Below are positions 1 to 12,349 of a DNA stretch of 64,000 nt, in pieces. This DNA comes from Eledone cirrhosa (taxonomy: Eukaryota): contig OZ024744.1 in NCBI GenBank assembly GCA_964016885.1, positions 13,888,001 through 13,952,000 of the forward strand, written 5' to 3'. The first letter of the stretch is position 1. Each line of letters opens with the position of its first letter. A program made the translations under genes and the position numbers. Under the pieces are notes generated by a model, which saw only the letters and a list, made by a program, of their open reading frames with translations, was not told the origin of the DNA and searched no databases.

Positions 1-8
1 TAAAGCTA

Positions 9-24
9 CTCTCTAAATTGAGAG
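9..24. other. Intra-monomer inverted repeat CTCTC-taaatt-GAGAG (example from the first monomer; present in most copies)
   Basis: CTCTC (9-13) is the reverse complement of GAGAG (20-24), with a 6-nt A/T spacer. The GCTAATCTCT variant gives ATCTCT/AGAGAT instead. Confidence 0.85.
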
Positions 25-519
25 ATCACAACTCCCATACTATGGACATGGGGTTAGAATGTCTCAGTAGATCAGAGAGTCATTCCAGTTAAAGCCACTC
101 TCTAAATTGAGAGATCACAACTCCCATACTATGGACGTGTGGTTAGAATGTCTCAGTAGATCAGAGAATCACTCCAGTTAAAGCTACTCTCTAAATTGAG
201 AGATCACAACTCCCTAACTATGGACATGTGGTTAGAACGTCTCAGTAGATCAGAGAGTCACTCCAGTTAAAGTCACTCTCTAAATTGAGAGATCACAACT
301 CCCATACTCTGGACGTGTGGTTAGAATGTCTCAGTACATCAGAGAATCACTCCAGTTAAAACTACTCTCTAAATTGAGAGATAACAACTCCCATACTATG
401 GGCATGTGGTTAGAATGTCTTAGTAGATCAGAGAGTCACTCCAGTTAAAGCTACTCTCTAAATTGAGAGATCACAACTCCAATACTATGGACATGTGTTT
501 AGAATGTCTCAGTAGATCA

Positions 520-530
520 GAGTGTCACTC
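520..530. other. Intra-monomer odd palindrome GAGTG-T-CACTC (alternative allele GAGT-C-ACTC, e.g. 255-263)
   Basis: GAGTG/CACTC and GAGT/ACTC are reverse-complement pairs around a single base. Confidence 0.8.
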
Positions 531-1450
531 CAGTTAAAGCTACTCTCTAAATTGAGAGATTACAACTCCAATACTATGGACATGGGGTTTGAATGTCTCA
601 GTAGATCAGAGAGTCACTCCAGTTAAAGCTACTCTCTAAATTGAGAGATCACAACTCCTATACTATGAACATGTGGTTAGAATGTCTCAGTAGATCAGAG
701 AATCACTCCAGTTAAAGCTACTCTCTAAATTGAGAGATCACAACTCCTATACTATGGACATGGGGTTAGAATGTCTCAGTAGATCAGAGTGTCACTCCAG
801 TTAAAGCCACTCTCTAAATTGAGAGATCACAACTCCCAAACTATGGACATGTCGTTAGAATGTCTCAGTAGATCAGAGAGTCACTCCAGTTAAAGCCACT
901 CTCTAAATAGAGAGATCACAACTCCAATACTATGGACATGGGGTTTGAATGTCTCAGTAGATCAGAGAGTCACTCCAGTTAAAGCTACTCTCTAAATTGA
1001 GAGATCACAACTCCAATACTATGGACATGGGGTTTGAATGTCTCAGTAGATCAGAGAGTCACTCCAGTTAAAGCCACTCTCTAAATTGAGAGATCACAAC
1101 TCCAATACTATGGTCATGTGGTTAGAATGCCTCTGTAGATCAGAGAGTCACTCCAGTTAAAGCCACTCTCTAAATTGAGAGATCACAACTCCAATACTAT
1201 GGACATGGGATTTGAAAGTCTCAGTAGATCAGAGTGTCACTCCAGTTAAAGCTACTCTCTAAATTGAGAGATTACAACTCCAATACTATGGACATGGGGT
1301 TTGAATGTCTCAGTAGATCAGAGAGTCACTCCAGTTAAAGCTACTCTCTAAATTGAGAGATCACAACTCCAATACTATGGACACGTGATTAGAATGTCTC
1401 AGTAGATTAGAGAGTCACTCCAGTTAAAGCCACTCTCTGAATTGAGAGAT

Positions 1451-1476
1451 CACAACTCCAATACTATGGACATGTG
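1451..1476. other. Intra-monomer imperfect inverted repeat CACA-ac-TCCA-atacta-TGGA-ca-TGTG (example copy)
   Basis: 8 of 10 positions pair around a 6-nt loop. The C-allele monomers instead carry the odd palindrome CCATA-C-TATGG (e.g. 35-45). Confidence 0.75.
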
Positions 1477-3939
1477 GTTAGAAAGTCTCAGTAGATCAGA
1501 GTGTCACTCCAGTTAAAGGTAATCTCTAAATTGAGAGATCACAACTCCAATACTATGGACATGGGGTTTGAATGTCTCAGTAGATCAGAGTGTCACTCCA
1601 GTTAAAGCTACTCTCTAAATTGAGAGATCACAACTCCAATACTATGGACATGGGGTTTGAATGTCTCAGTAGATCAGAGAGTCACTTCAGTTAAAGCTAC
1701 CCTCTAAATTGAGAGATCACAACTCCAATAGTATGGACATGGGGTTTGAAAGTCTCAGTAGATCAGAGTGTCACTCCAGTTAAAGCTACTCTCTAAATTG
1801 AGAGATTACAACTCCAATACTATGGACATGTGGTTAGAAAGTCTCGGTAGATTAGAGAGTCACTCCAGTTAAAGCCACTCTCTAAATTGAGAGATCATAA
1901 CTTCCATACTATGGACATGTGGTTAGAATGTCTCAGTAGATCAGAGAGTCACTCCAGTTAAAGCCAGTCTCTAAATTGAGAGATCACAACTTGAATACTA
2001 TGGACATGTGGTTTGAATGTCTCAGTACATCAGAGTGTCACTCCAGTTAAAGTTACTCTCTAAATTGAGAGATCACAACTCCAATACTATGGACATGGGG
2101 TTTGAATGTCTCAGAAGATCAGAGAGTCACTCCAGTTAAAGCCACTCTCTAAATTGAGAGATCACAACTCCAATACTATGGACATGTGGTTAGAATGTCT
2201 CAGTAGATCAGAGTGTCACTCCAGTTAAAGCTACTCTCTAAATTGAGAGATTACAACTCCAATACTATGGACATGGGGTTTGAATGTCTCAGTAGATCAG
2301 AGAGTCACTCCAGTTAAAGCCTCTCTCTAAATTGAGAGATCACAACTCCCATACTATGGACGTGTGGTTAGAATGTCTCAGTAGATCAGAGAATCACTCC
2401 AGTTAAAGCTACTCTCTAAATTGAGAGATCACAACTCCAATACTATGGACATGTGGTTAGAATGTCTGAGTAGATCAGAGAGTCACTCCAGTTAAAGCCA
2501 CTCTCTAAATTGAGAGATCACAACTCCCATACTCTGGACGTGTGGTTAGAATGTCTCAGTACATCAGAGAATCACTCCAGTTAAAACTACTCTCTAAATT
2601 GAGAGATCACAACTCCCATACTATGGACATGTGGTTAGAATGTCTCAGTAGATCAGAGAGTCACTCCAGTTAAAGCCACTCTCTAAATTGAGAGATCACA
2701 ACTCCCATACTATGGACATGTGGTTAGAATGTCTCAGTAGATCAGAGAGTCACTCCAGTTAAAGCTACTCTCTAAATTGAGAGATCACAACTCCTATAAT
2801 ATGAACATGGGGTTAGAATGTCTCAGTAGATCAGAGTGTCACTCCAGTTAAAGCCACTCTCTAAATTGAGAGATCACAACTCCCATACTATGGACGTGTG
2901 GTTAGAATGTCTCAGTAGATCAGAGAATCACTCCAGTTAAAGCTACTCTCTAAATTGAGAGATCACATCTCCCATACTATGGACATGTGGTTAGAATGTC
3001 TCAGTAGATCAGAGAGTCACTCTTGTTAAAGCTACTCTCTAAATTGAGAGATCACAACTCCTATACTATGGACATGGGGTTAGAATGTCTCAGTAGATCA
3101 GAGTGTCACTCCAGTTAAAGCCACTCTCTAAATTGAGAGATCACAACTCCCAAACTATGGACATGTCGTTAGAATGTCTCAGTAGATCAGAGAGTCACTC
3201 CAGTTAAAGCCACTCTCTAAATAGAGAGATCACAACTCCAATACTATGGACATGGGGTTTGAAAGTCTCAGTAGATTAGAGTGTCACTCCAGTTAAAGCT
3301 ACTCTCTAAATTGAGAGATCACAACTCCAATACTATGGACATGGGGTTTGAATGTCTCAGTAGATCAGAGTGTCACTCCAGTTAAAGCTACTCTCTAAAT
3401 TGAGAGATCACAACTCCAATACTATGGACATGGGGTTTGAAAGTCTCAGTAGATCAGAGAGTCATTCCAGTTAAAGCCACTAATTCTCTAAATTGAGAGA
3501 TCACAACTTCCATACTATGGACATGTGGTTAGAATGTCTCAGTAGATCAGAGAGTCACTCCAGTTAAAGCCACTCTCTAAATTGAGAGATCACAACTCCA
3601 ATACTATGGACATGTGGTTAGAATGTCTCAGTAGATCAGAGAGTCACTCCAGTTAAAGCCACTCTCTAAATTGAGAGATCACAACTCCAATACTATGGAC
3701 ATGTGGTTAGAATGTCTCAGTACATCAGAGTGTCACTCCAGTTAAAGCTACTCTCTAAATTGAGAGATTACAACTCCAATACTATGGACATGGGGTTTGA
3801 ATGTCTCAGTAGATCAGAGAGTCACTCCAGTTAAAGCTACTCTCTAAATTGAGAGATCACAACTCCCATACTATGGACATGTGGTTAGAATGTCTCAGTA
3901 GATCAGAGAGACATTCCAGTTAAAGCCTCTCTCTAAATT

Positions 3940-6900
3940 GAGAGATCACAACTCCCATACTATGGACATGTGGTTAGAATGTCTCAGTAGATTAGAGCGT
4001 CATTCCAGTTAAAGCTACTCTCTAAATTGAGAGATCACAACTCCCATACTATTGACATGTGGGTAGAATGTCTCAGTAGATCAGAGAGTCACTCCAGTTA
4101 AAGCCACTAATTCTCTAAATTGAGAGATCACAACTCCCATACTATGGACATGGGGTTAGAATGTCTCAGTAGATCAGAGATGTCACTCCAGTTAAAGCCA
4201 CTATCTAAATTGACAGATCACAACTTCCATACTATGGACATGTGGTTAGAATGTCTCAGTAGATCAGAGAGTCACTCCAGTTAAAGCTACTCTCTAAATT
4301 GAGAGATCACAACTCCAATACTATGGACATGGGGTTTGAAAGTCTCAGTAGATCAGAGTGTCACTCCAGTTAAAGCTACTCTCTAAATTGAGAGATTACA
4401 ACTCCAATACTATGGACCTGTGGTTAGAATGTCTCAGTAGATTAGAGAGTTACTCCAGTTAAAGCCACTCTCTAAATTGGGAGATCATAACTTCCATACT
4501 ATGGACATGTGGTTAGAACGTCTCAGTAGATCAGAGAGTCACTCCAGTTAAAGCCACTCTCTAAATTGAGAGATCACAACACCCATACTCTGGACGTGTG
4601 GTTAGAATGTCTCAGTACATCAGAGAATCACTCCAGTTAAAACTACTCTCTAAATTGAGAGATCATAACTCCCATACTATGGACATGTGGTTAGAATGTC
4701 TCAGTAGATCAGAGAGTCACTCCAGTTAAAGCCACTCTCTAAATTGAGAGATCACAACTCCCATACTATGGACATGTGGTTAGAATGTCTCAGTAGATTA
4801 GAGTGTCATTCCAGTTAAAGCTACTCTCTAAATTGAGAGATCACAACTCCTATACTATTGACATGTGGGTAGAATGTCTCAGTAGATCAGAGAGTCACTC
4901 CAGTTAAAGCCACTAATTCTCTAAATTGAGAGATCACAACTCCCATACTATGGACTTGTGGTTAGAATGTCTCAGTAGATCAGAGAGTCACTCCAGTTAA
5001 AGCTACTCTCTAAATTGAGAGATCACAACTCCAATACTATGGACATGGGGTTAGAGTGTCTCAGTAGATCAGAGTGTCACTCCAGTTAAAGCTACTCTCT
5101 AAATTGAGAGATTACAACTCCAATACTATGGACATGTGGTTAGAATGTCTCAGTAGATTAGAGAGTCACTCCAGTTAAAGCCACTCTCTAAATTGAGAGA
5201 TCACAACTCCAATACTATAGACATGTGGTTAGAATGTCTCAGTAGATCAGAGTGTCACTCCAGTTAAAGCTAATCTCTAAATTGAGAGATCACAACTCCA
5301 ATACTATGGACATGGGGTTTGAATGTCTCGGTAGATCAGAGTGTCACTCCAGTTAAAGCTACTCTCTAAATTGAGAGATCACAACTCCAATACTATGGAC
5401 ATGGGGTTTGAATGTCTCAGTAGATCAGAGTGTCACTCCAGTTAAAGCTAATCTCTAAATTGAGAGATCACAACTCCAATACTATGGACATGGGGTTTGA
5501 AAGTCTCAGTAGATCAGAGAGTCACTTCAGTTAAAGCTACTCTCTAAATTGAGAGATCACAACTCTAATACTATGGACATGGGGTTTGAAAGTGTCAGTA
5601 GATCAGAGTGTCACTCCAGTTAAAGCTACTCTCTAAATTGAGAGATTACAACTCCAATACTATGGACATGTGGTTAGAATGTCTCAGTAGATTAGAGAGT
5701 CACTCCAGTTAAAGCCACTCTCTAAATTGAGAGATCATAACTTCCATACTATGGACATGTGGTTAGAATGTCTCAGTAGATCAGAGAGTCACTCCAGTTA
5801 AAGCCACTCTCTAAATTGAGAGATCACAACTCCAATACTATGGACATGTGGTTAGAATGTCTCAGTAGATCAGAGAGTCACTCCAGTTAAAGCCACTCTC
5901 TAAATTGAGAGATCACAACTCCAATACTATGGACATGTGGTTAGAATGTCTCAGTACATCAGAGTGTCACTCCAGTTAAAGCTACTCTCTAAATTGAGAG
6001 ATTACAACTCCAATACTATGGACATGGGATTTGAATGTCTCAGTAGATCAGAGAGTCACTCCAGTTAAAGCTACTCTCTAAATTGAGAGATCACAACTCC
6101 CATACTATGGACATGTGGTTAGAATGTCTCAGTAGATCAGAGAGTCATTCCAGTTATAGCCTCTCTCTAAATTGAGAGATCACAACACCCATACTATGGA
6201 CGTGTGGATAGAATGTCTCAGTAGATCAGAGAATCACTCCAGTTAAAACTACTCTCTAAATTGAGAGATCACAACTCCCATACTATGGACATGTGGTTAG
6301 AATGTCTCAGTAGATCAGAGAGTCACTCCAGTTAAAGCCACTCTCTAAATTGAGAGATCACAACTCCCATACTATGGACATGTGGTTAGAATGTCTCAGT
6401 AGATCAGAGAGTCACTCCAGTTAAAGCTACTCTCTAAATTGAGAGATGACAACTCCAATACTATGGACATGTGGTTAGAATGTCTCAGTAGATCAGAGAG
6501 TCATTCCAGTTAAAGCCACTCTCTAAATTGAGAGATCACAACTCCCGTACTATGGACGTGTGGTTAGAATGTCTCAGTAGATCAGAGAATCACTCCAGTT
6601 AAAGCAACTCTCTAAATTGAGAGATCACATCTCCCATACTATGGACATGTGGTTAGAATGTCTCAGTAGATCAGAGAGTCACTCTTGTTAAAGCTACTCT
6701 CTAAATTGAGAGATCACAACTCCTATACTATGGACATGGGGTTAGAATGTCTCAGTAGATCAGAATGTCACTCCAGTTAAAGCCACTCTCTAAATTGAGA
6801 GATCACAACTCCAATACTATGGACATGTGGTTAGAATGTCTCAGTAGATCAGAGAGTCACTCCAGTTAAAGCTACTCTCTATATTGAGAGATCACAACTC

Positions 6901-7260
6901 CCATACTATGGACATGTGGTTAGAATGTCTCAGTAGATTAGAGCGTCATTCCAGTTAAAGCTACTCTCTAAATTGAGAGATCACAACTCCCATACTATTG
7001 ACATGTGGGTAGAATGTCTCAGTAGATCAGAGAGTCACTCCAGTTAAAGCCACTAATTCTCTAAATTGAGAGATCACAACTCCCATACTATGGACATGTG
7101 GTTAGAATGTCTCAGTAGATCAGAGATGTCACTCCAGTTAAAGCCACTATCTAAATTGACAGATCACAACTTCCATACTACGGACATGTGGTTAGAATGT
7201 CTCAGTAGATCAGAGAGTCACTCCAGTTAAAGCTACTCTCTAAATTGAGAGATCACAACT
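3940..7260. repeat. Short multi-monomer block repeated at a 33-monomer offset (2946 bp)
   Basis: GAGCGTCATT (C at 3998/6944), the +4 TAAT insertion (4108/7054), the +1 insertion GAGATGTCAC (T at 4181/7127) and the following CTATCTAAATTGACAG all recur 2946 bp apart (33x89+4+4+1). Confidence 0.85.
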
Positions 7261-10200
7261 CCAATACTATGGACATGGGGTTAGAGTGTCTCAGTAGATC
7301 AGAGTGTCACTCCAGTTAAAGCTACTCTCTAAATTGAGAGATCACAACTCCAATACTATGGACATGGGGTTTGAATGTCTCAGTAGATCAGAGAGTCACT
7401 TCAGTTAAAGCTACTCTCTAAATTGAGAGATCACAACTCTAATACTATGGACATGGGGTTTGAAAGTCTCAGTAGATCAGAGTGTCACTCCAGTTAAAGC
7501 TTCTCTCTAAATTGAGAGATTGCAACTCCAATACTATGGACATGTGGTTAGAATGTCTCAGTAGATTAGAGAGTCACTCCAGTTAAAGCCACTCTCTAAA
7601 TTGAGAGATCACAACTCCAATACTATGGACATGTGGTTAGAATGTCTCAGTAGATCAGAGTGTCACTCCAGTTAAAGCCACTCTCTAAGTTGAGAGATCA
7701 TAACTTCCATACTATGGACATGTGGTTAGAATGTCTCAGTAGATCAGAGAGTCACTCCAGTTAAAGCCACTCTCCAAATTGAGAGATCACAACTCCAATA
7801 CTATGGACATGGGGTTTGAATGTCTCAGTACATCAGAGTGTCACTCCAGTTAAAGTTACTCTCTAAATTGAGAGATCACAACTCCAATACTATGGACATG
7901 GGGTTTGAATGTCTCAGTAGATCAGAGAATCACTCCAGTTAAAGCTACTCTCTAAATTGAGATATCACAACTCCAATACTATGGACATGGGGTTTGAAAG
8001 TCTCAGTAGATCAGAGTGTCACTCCAGTTAAAGCTACTCTCTAAATTGAGAGATTACAACTCCAATAGTATGGACATGGGATTTGAATGTCTCAGTAGAT
8101 CAGAGAGTCACTCCAGTTAAAGCTACTCTCTAAATTGAGAGATCACAACTCCAATACTATGGACATGGGGTTTGAAAGTCTCAGTAGATCAGAGTGTCAC
8201 TCCAGTTAAAGCTTGTCTCTAAATTGAGAGATTACAACTCCAATACTATGGACATGGGGTTTGAAAGTCTCAGTAGATCAGAGTGTCACTCCAGTTAAAG
8301 CTACTCTCTAAATTGAGAGATTACAACTCCAATACTATGGACATGTGGTTAGAATGTCTCAGTAGATTAGAGAGTCACTCCAGTTAAAGCCACTCTCTAA
8401 ATTGAGAGATCACAACTCCAATACTATGGACATGTGGTTAGAAAGTCTCAGTAGATCAGAGTGTCACTCCAGTTAAAGCTAATCTCTAAATTGAGAGATC
8501 ACAACTCCAATACTATGGACATGGGGTTTGAATGTCTCAGTAGATCAGAGTGTCACTCCAGTTAAAGCTACTCTCTAAATTGAGAGATCACAACTCCAAT
8601 ACTATGGACATGGGGTTTGAATGTCTCAGTAGATCAGAGAGTCACTTCAGTTAAAGCTACTCTCTAAATTGAGAGATCACAACTCCAATAATATGGACAT
8701 GGGGTTTGAAAGTCTCAGTAGATCAGAGTGTCACTCCAGTTAAAGCTACTCTCTAAATTGAGAGATTACAACTCCAATACTATGGACATGTGGTTAGAAT
8801 GTCTCAGTAGATTAGAGAGTCACTCCAGTTAAAGCTACTCTCTAAATTGAGAGATCACAACTCCAATACTATGGACATGTGGTTAGAATGTCTCAGTAGA
8901 TCAGAGTGTCACTCCAGTTAAAGCCACTCTCTAAATTGAGAGATCACAACTCCAATACTATGGTCATGTGGTTAGAATGTCTCAGTAGATCAGAGAGTCA
9001 CTCCAGTTAAAGCCACTCTCTAAATTGAGAGATCACAACTCGAATACTATGGACATGGGGTTTGAATGTCTCAGTACATCAGAGTGTCACTCCAGTTAAA
9101 GTTACTCTCTAAATTGAGAGATCACAACTCCAAAACAATGGACATGGGGTTTGAATGTCTCAGTAGATCAGAGAGTCACTCCAGTTAAAGCCACTCTCTA
9201 AATTGAGAGATCACAACTCCAATACTATGGACATGTGGTTAGAATGTCTCAGTAGATCAGAGTGTCACTCCAGTTAAAGCCACTCTCTAAATTGACAGAT
9301 CACAACTTCCATACTATGGACATGTGGTTAGAATGTCTCAGTAGATCAGAGAGTCACTCCAGTTAAAATCACTCTCTAAAATGAGAGATCACAACTCCAA
9401 TACTATGGACATGTGGTTAGAATGTCTCAGTAGATCAGAGAGTCACTCCAGTTAAAGCCACTCTCTAAATTGAGAGATCACAACTCCCATACTATGGACA
9501 TGTGGGTAGAATGTCTCAGTAGATCAGAGAGTCACTCCAGGTAAAGCCACTAATTCTCTAAATTGAGAGATCACAACTTCCATACTATGGACATGTGGTT
9601 AGAATGTCTCAGTAGATCAGAGAGTCACTCCAGTTAAAGCCACTCTCTAAATTGAGAGATCACAACTCCAATACTATGAACATGTGGTTAGAATGTCTCA
9701 GTAGATCAGAGTGTCACTCCAGTTAAAGCTACTCTCTAAATTGAGAGATTACAACTCCAATACTATGGACGTGGGGTTTGAATGTCTCATTAGATCAGAG
9801 AGTCACTCCAGTTAAAGCTACTCTCTAAATTGAGAGATCACAACTCCCATACTATGGACATGTGGGTAGAATGTCTCAGTAGATCAGAGAGTCACTCCAG
9901 TTAAAGCCACTAATTCTCTAAATTGAGAGATCACAACTTCCATACTATGGACATGTGGTTAGAATGTCTCAGTAGATCAGAAAGTCACTCCAGTTAAAGC
10001 TACTCTCTAAATTGAGAGATCACAACTCCCATACTATGGACATGTGGTTAGAATGTCTCAGTAGATCAGAGAGTCACTCCAGTTAAAGCCACTCTCTAAA
10101 TTGAGAGATCACAACTCCAATACTATGGACATGGGGTTTGAATGTCTCAGTACATCAGAGTGTCACTCCAGTTAAAGTTACTCTCTAAATTGAGAGATCA

Positions 10201-12349
10201 CAACTCCAATACTATGGACATGGGGTTTGAATGTCTAAGTAGATCAGAGAATCACTCCAGTTAAAGCTACTCTCTAAATTGAGAAATCACAACTCCAATA
10301 CTATGGACATGGGGTTTGAAAGTCTCAGTAGATCAGAGTGTCACTCCAGTTAAAGCTACTCTCTAAATTGAGAGATTACAACTCCAATACTATGGACATG
10401 GGGTTTGAATGTCACAGTAGATCAGAGAGTCACTCCAGTTAAAGCTACTCTCTAAATTGAGAGATCACAACTCCAATACTATGGACATGGGGTTTGAAAG
10501 TCTCAGTAGATCAGAGTGTCACTCCAGTTAAAGCTACTCTCTAAATTGAGAGATTACAACTCCAATACTATGGACATGGGGTTTGAAAGTCTCAGTAGAT
10601 CAGAGTGTCACTCCAGTTAAAGCTACTCTCTAAATTGAGAGATTACAACTCCAATACTATGGTCATGTGGTTAGAATGTCTCAGTAGATTAGAGAGTCAC
10701 TCCAGTTAAAGCCACTCTCTAAATTGAGAGATCACAACTCCAATACTATGGACATGTGATTAGAATGTCTCAGTAGATTAAAGAGTCACTCCAGTTAAAG
10801 CCACTCTCTAAATTGAGAGATCACAACTGCAATACTATGGATATGTGGTTAGAAAGTCTCAGTAGATCAGAGTGTCACTCCAGTTGAAGCTAATCTCTAA
10901 ATTGAGAGATCACAACTCCAATACTATGGACATGGGGTTTGAATGTCTCAGTAGATCAGAGTGTCACTCCAGTTAAAGCTACTCTCTAAATTGAGAGATC
11001 ACAACTCCAATACTATGGACATGGGGTTTGAATGTCTCAGTAGATCAGAGAGTCACTTCAGTTAAAGCTACTCTCTAAATTGAGAGATTACAACTCCAAT
11101 ACTATGGACATGGGGTTTGAAAGTCTCAGTAGATCAGAGTGTCACTCCAGTTAAAGTTACTCTCTAAATTGAGAGATTACAACTCCAATACTATGGACAT
11201 GTGGTTTGAATGTCTCAGTAGATTAGAGAGTCACTCCAGTTAAAGCCACTCTCTAAATTGAGAGATCACAACTCCAATACTATGGACATGTGATTAGAAT
11301 GTCTCAGTAGATTAGAGAGTCACTCCAGTTAAAGCCACTCTCTAAATTGAGAGATCACAACTCCAATACTATGGACATGTGGTTAGAAAGTCTCAGTAGA
11401 TCAGAATGTCACTCCAGTTAAAGCTACTCTCTAAATTGAGAGATTACAACTCCAATACTATGGACATGTGGTTAGAATGTCTCAGTAGATTAGAGAGTCA
11501 CTCCAGTTAAAGCCACTCTCTAAATTGAGAGATCACAACTCCAATACTATGGACATGTGGTTAGAATGTCTCAGTAGATCAGAGTGACACTCCAGTTAAA
11601 GCCACTCTCTAAATTGAGAGATCATAACTTCCATACTATGGTCATGTGGTTAGAATGTCTCAGTAGATCAGAGTGTCACTCCAGTTAAAGCTAATCTCTA
11701 AATTGAGAGATCACAACTCCAATACTATGGACATGGGGTTTGAATGTCTCAGTAGATCAGAGTGTCACTCCAGTTAAAGCTACTCTCTAAATTGAGAGAT
11801 CACAACTCCAATACTATGGACATGGGGTTTGAATGTCTCAGTAGATCAGAGAGTCACTTCAGTTAAAGCTACGCTCTAAATTGAGAGATCACAACTCCAA
11901 TACTATGGACATGGGGTTTGAAAGTCTCAGTAGATCAGAGTGTCACTCCAGTTAAAGCTACTCTCTAAATTGAGAGATTACAACTCCAATACTATGGACA
12001 TGTGGTTAGAATGTCTCAGTAGATCAGAGTGTCACTCCAGTTAAAGCTACTCTCTAAATTGAGAGATTACAACTCCAATACTATGGACGTGGGGTTTGAA
12101 TTACTCAGTAGCTCAGAGAGTCACTCCAGTTAAAGCTACTCTCTAAATTGAGAGATCACATCTCCCATAATATGGACATGTGGTTAGAATGTCTCAGTAG
12201 ATCAGAGAGTCACTCCTGTTAAAGCTACTCTCTAAATTGAGAGATCACAACTCCTATACTATGGACATGGGGTTAGAATGTCTCAGTAGATCAGAGTGTC
12301 ACTCTAGTTAAAGCCACTCTCTAAATTGAGAGATCACAACTCCCAAACT

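Larger units (their letters stand above)
90..3300. repeat. Degenerate higher-order duplication, 25-26 monomer offset (~90-1000 vs ~2330-3300)
   Basis: Shared rare variants: CCCATACTCTGGACGTG at 301 and 2526 (2225 = 25x89); AAATAGAGAG (T at 908 and 3222; 2314 = 26x89), each preceded by the CCCAAAC/GTCGTT monomer. Confidence 0.75.

Noticed and set aside
49-57. Telomere-like GGGTTAG motif or G-quadruplex potential
   Set aside because: It is a single non-tandem occurrence in a minority of monomers, and the G-runs are 89 bp apart, too sparse for telomeric repeats or a canonical G4.
1-89. Tandem tRNA, 5S, snRNA or spliced-leader gene array
   Set aside because: The unit has tRNA-like length but no cloverleaf, TTC T-loop/B-box motif, poly-T terminator or spacer, and no resemblance to RNA families I recognise.
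42-92. Repeated mini-ORF ATG GAC ATG ... AGT TAA (16 aa, MDM[W/G][L/F]E[C/S]LSRSE[S/C]HSS) in most monomers
   Set aside because: A short chance ORF. 89 is not a multiple of 3, the frame closes at each monomer boundary, and there is no evidence of expression or coding constraint.
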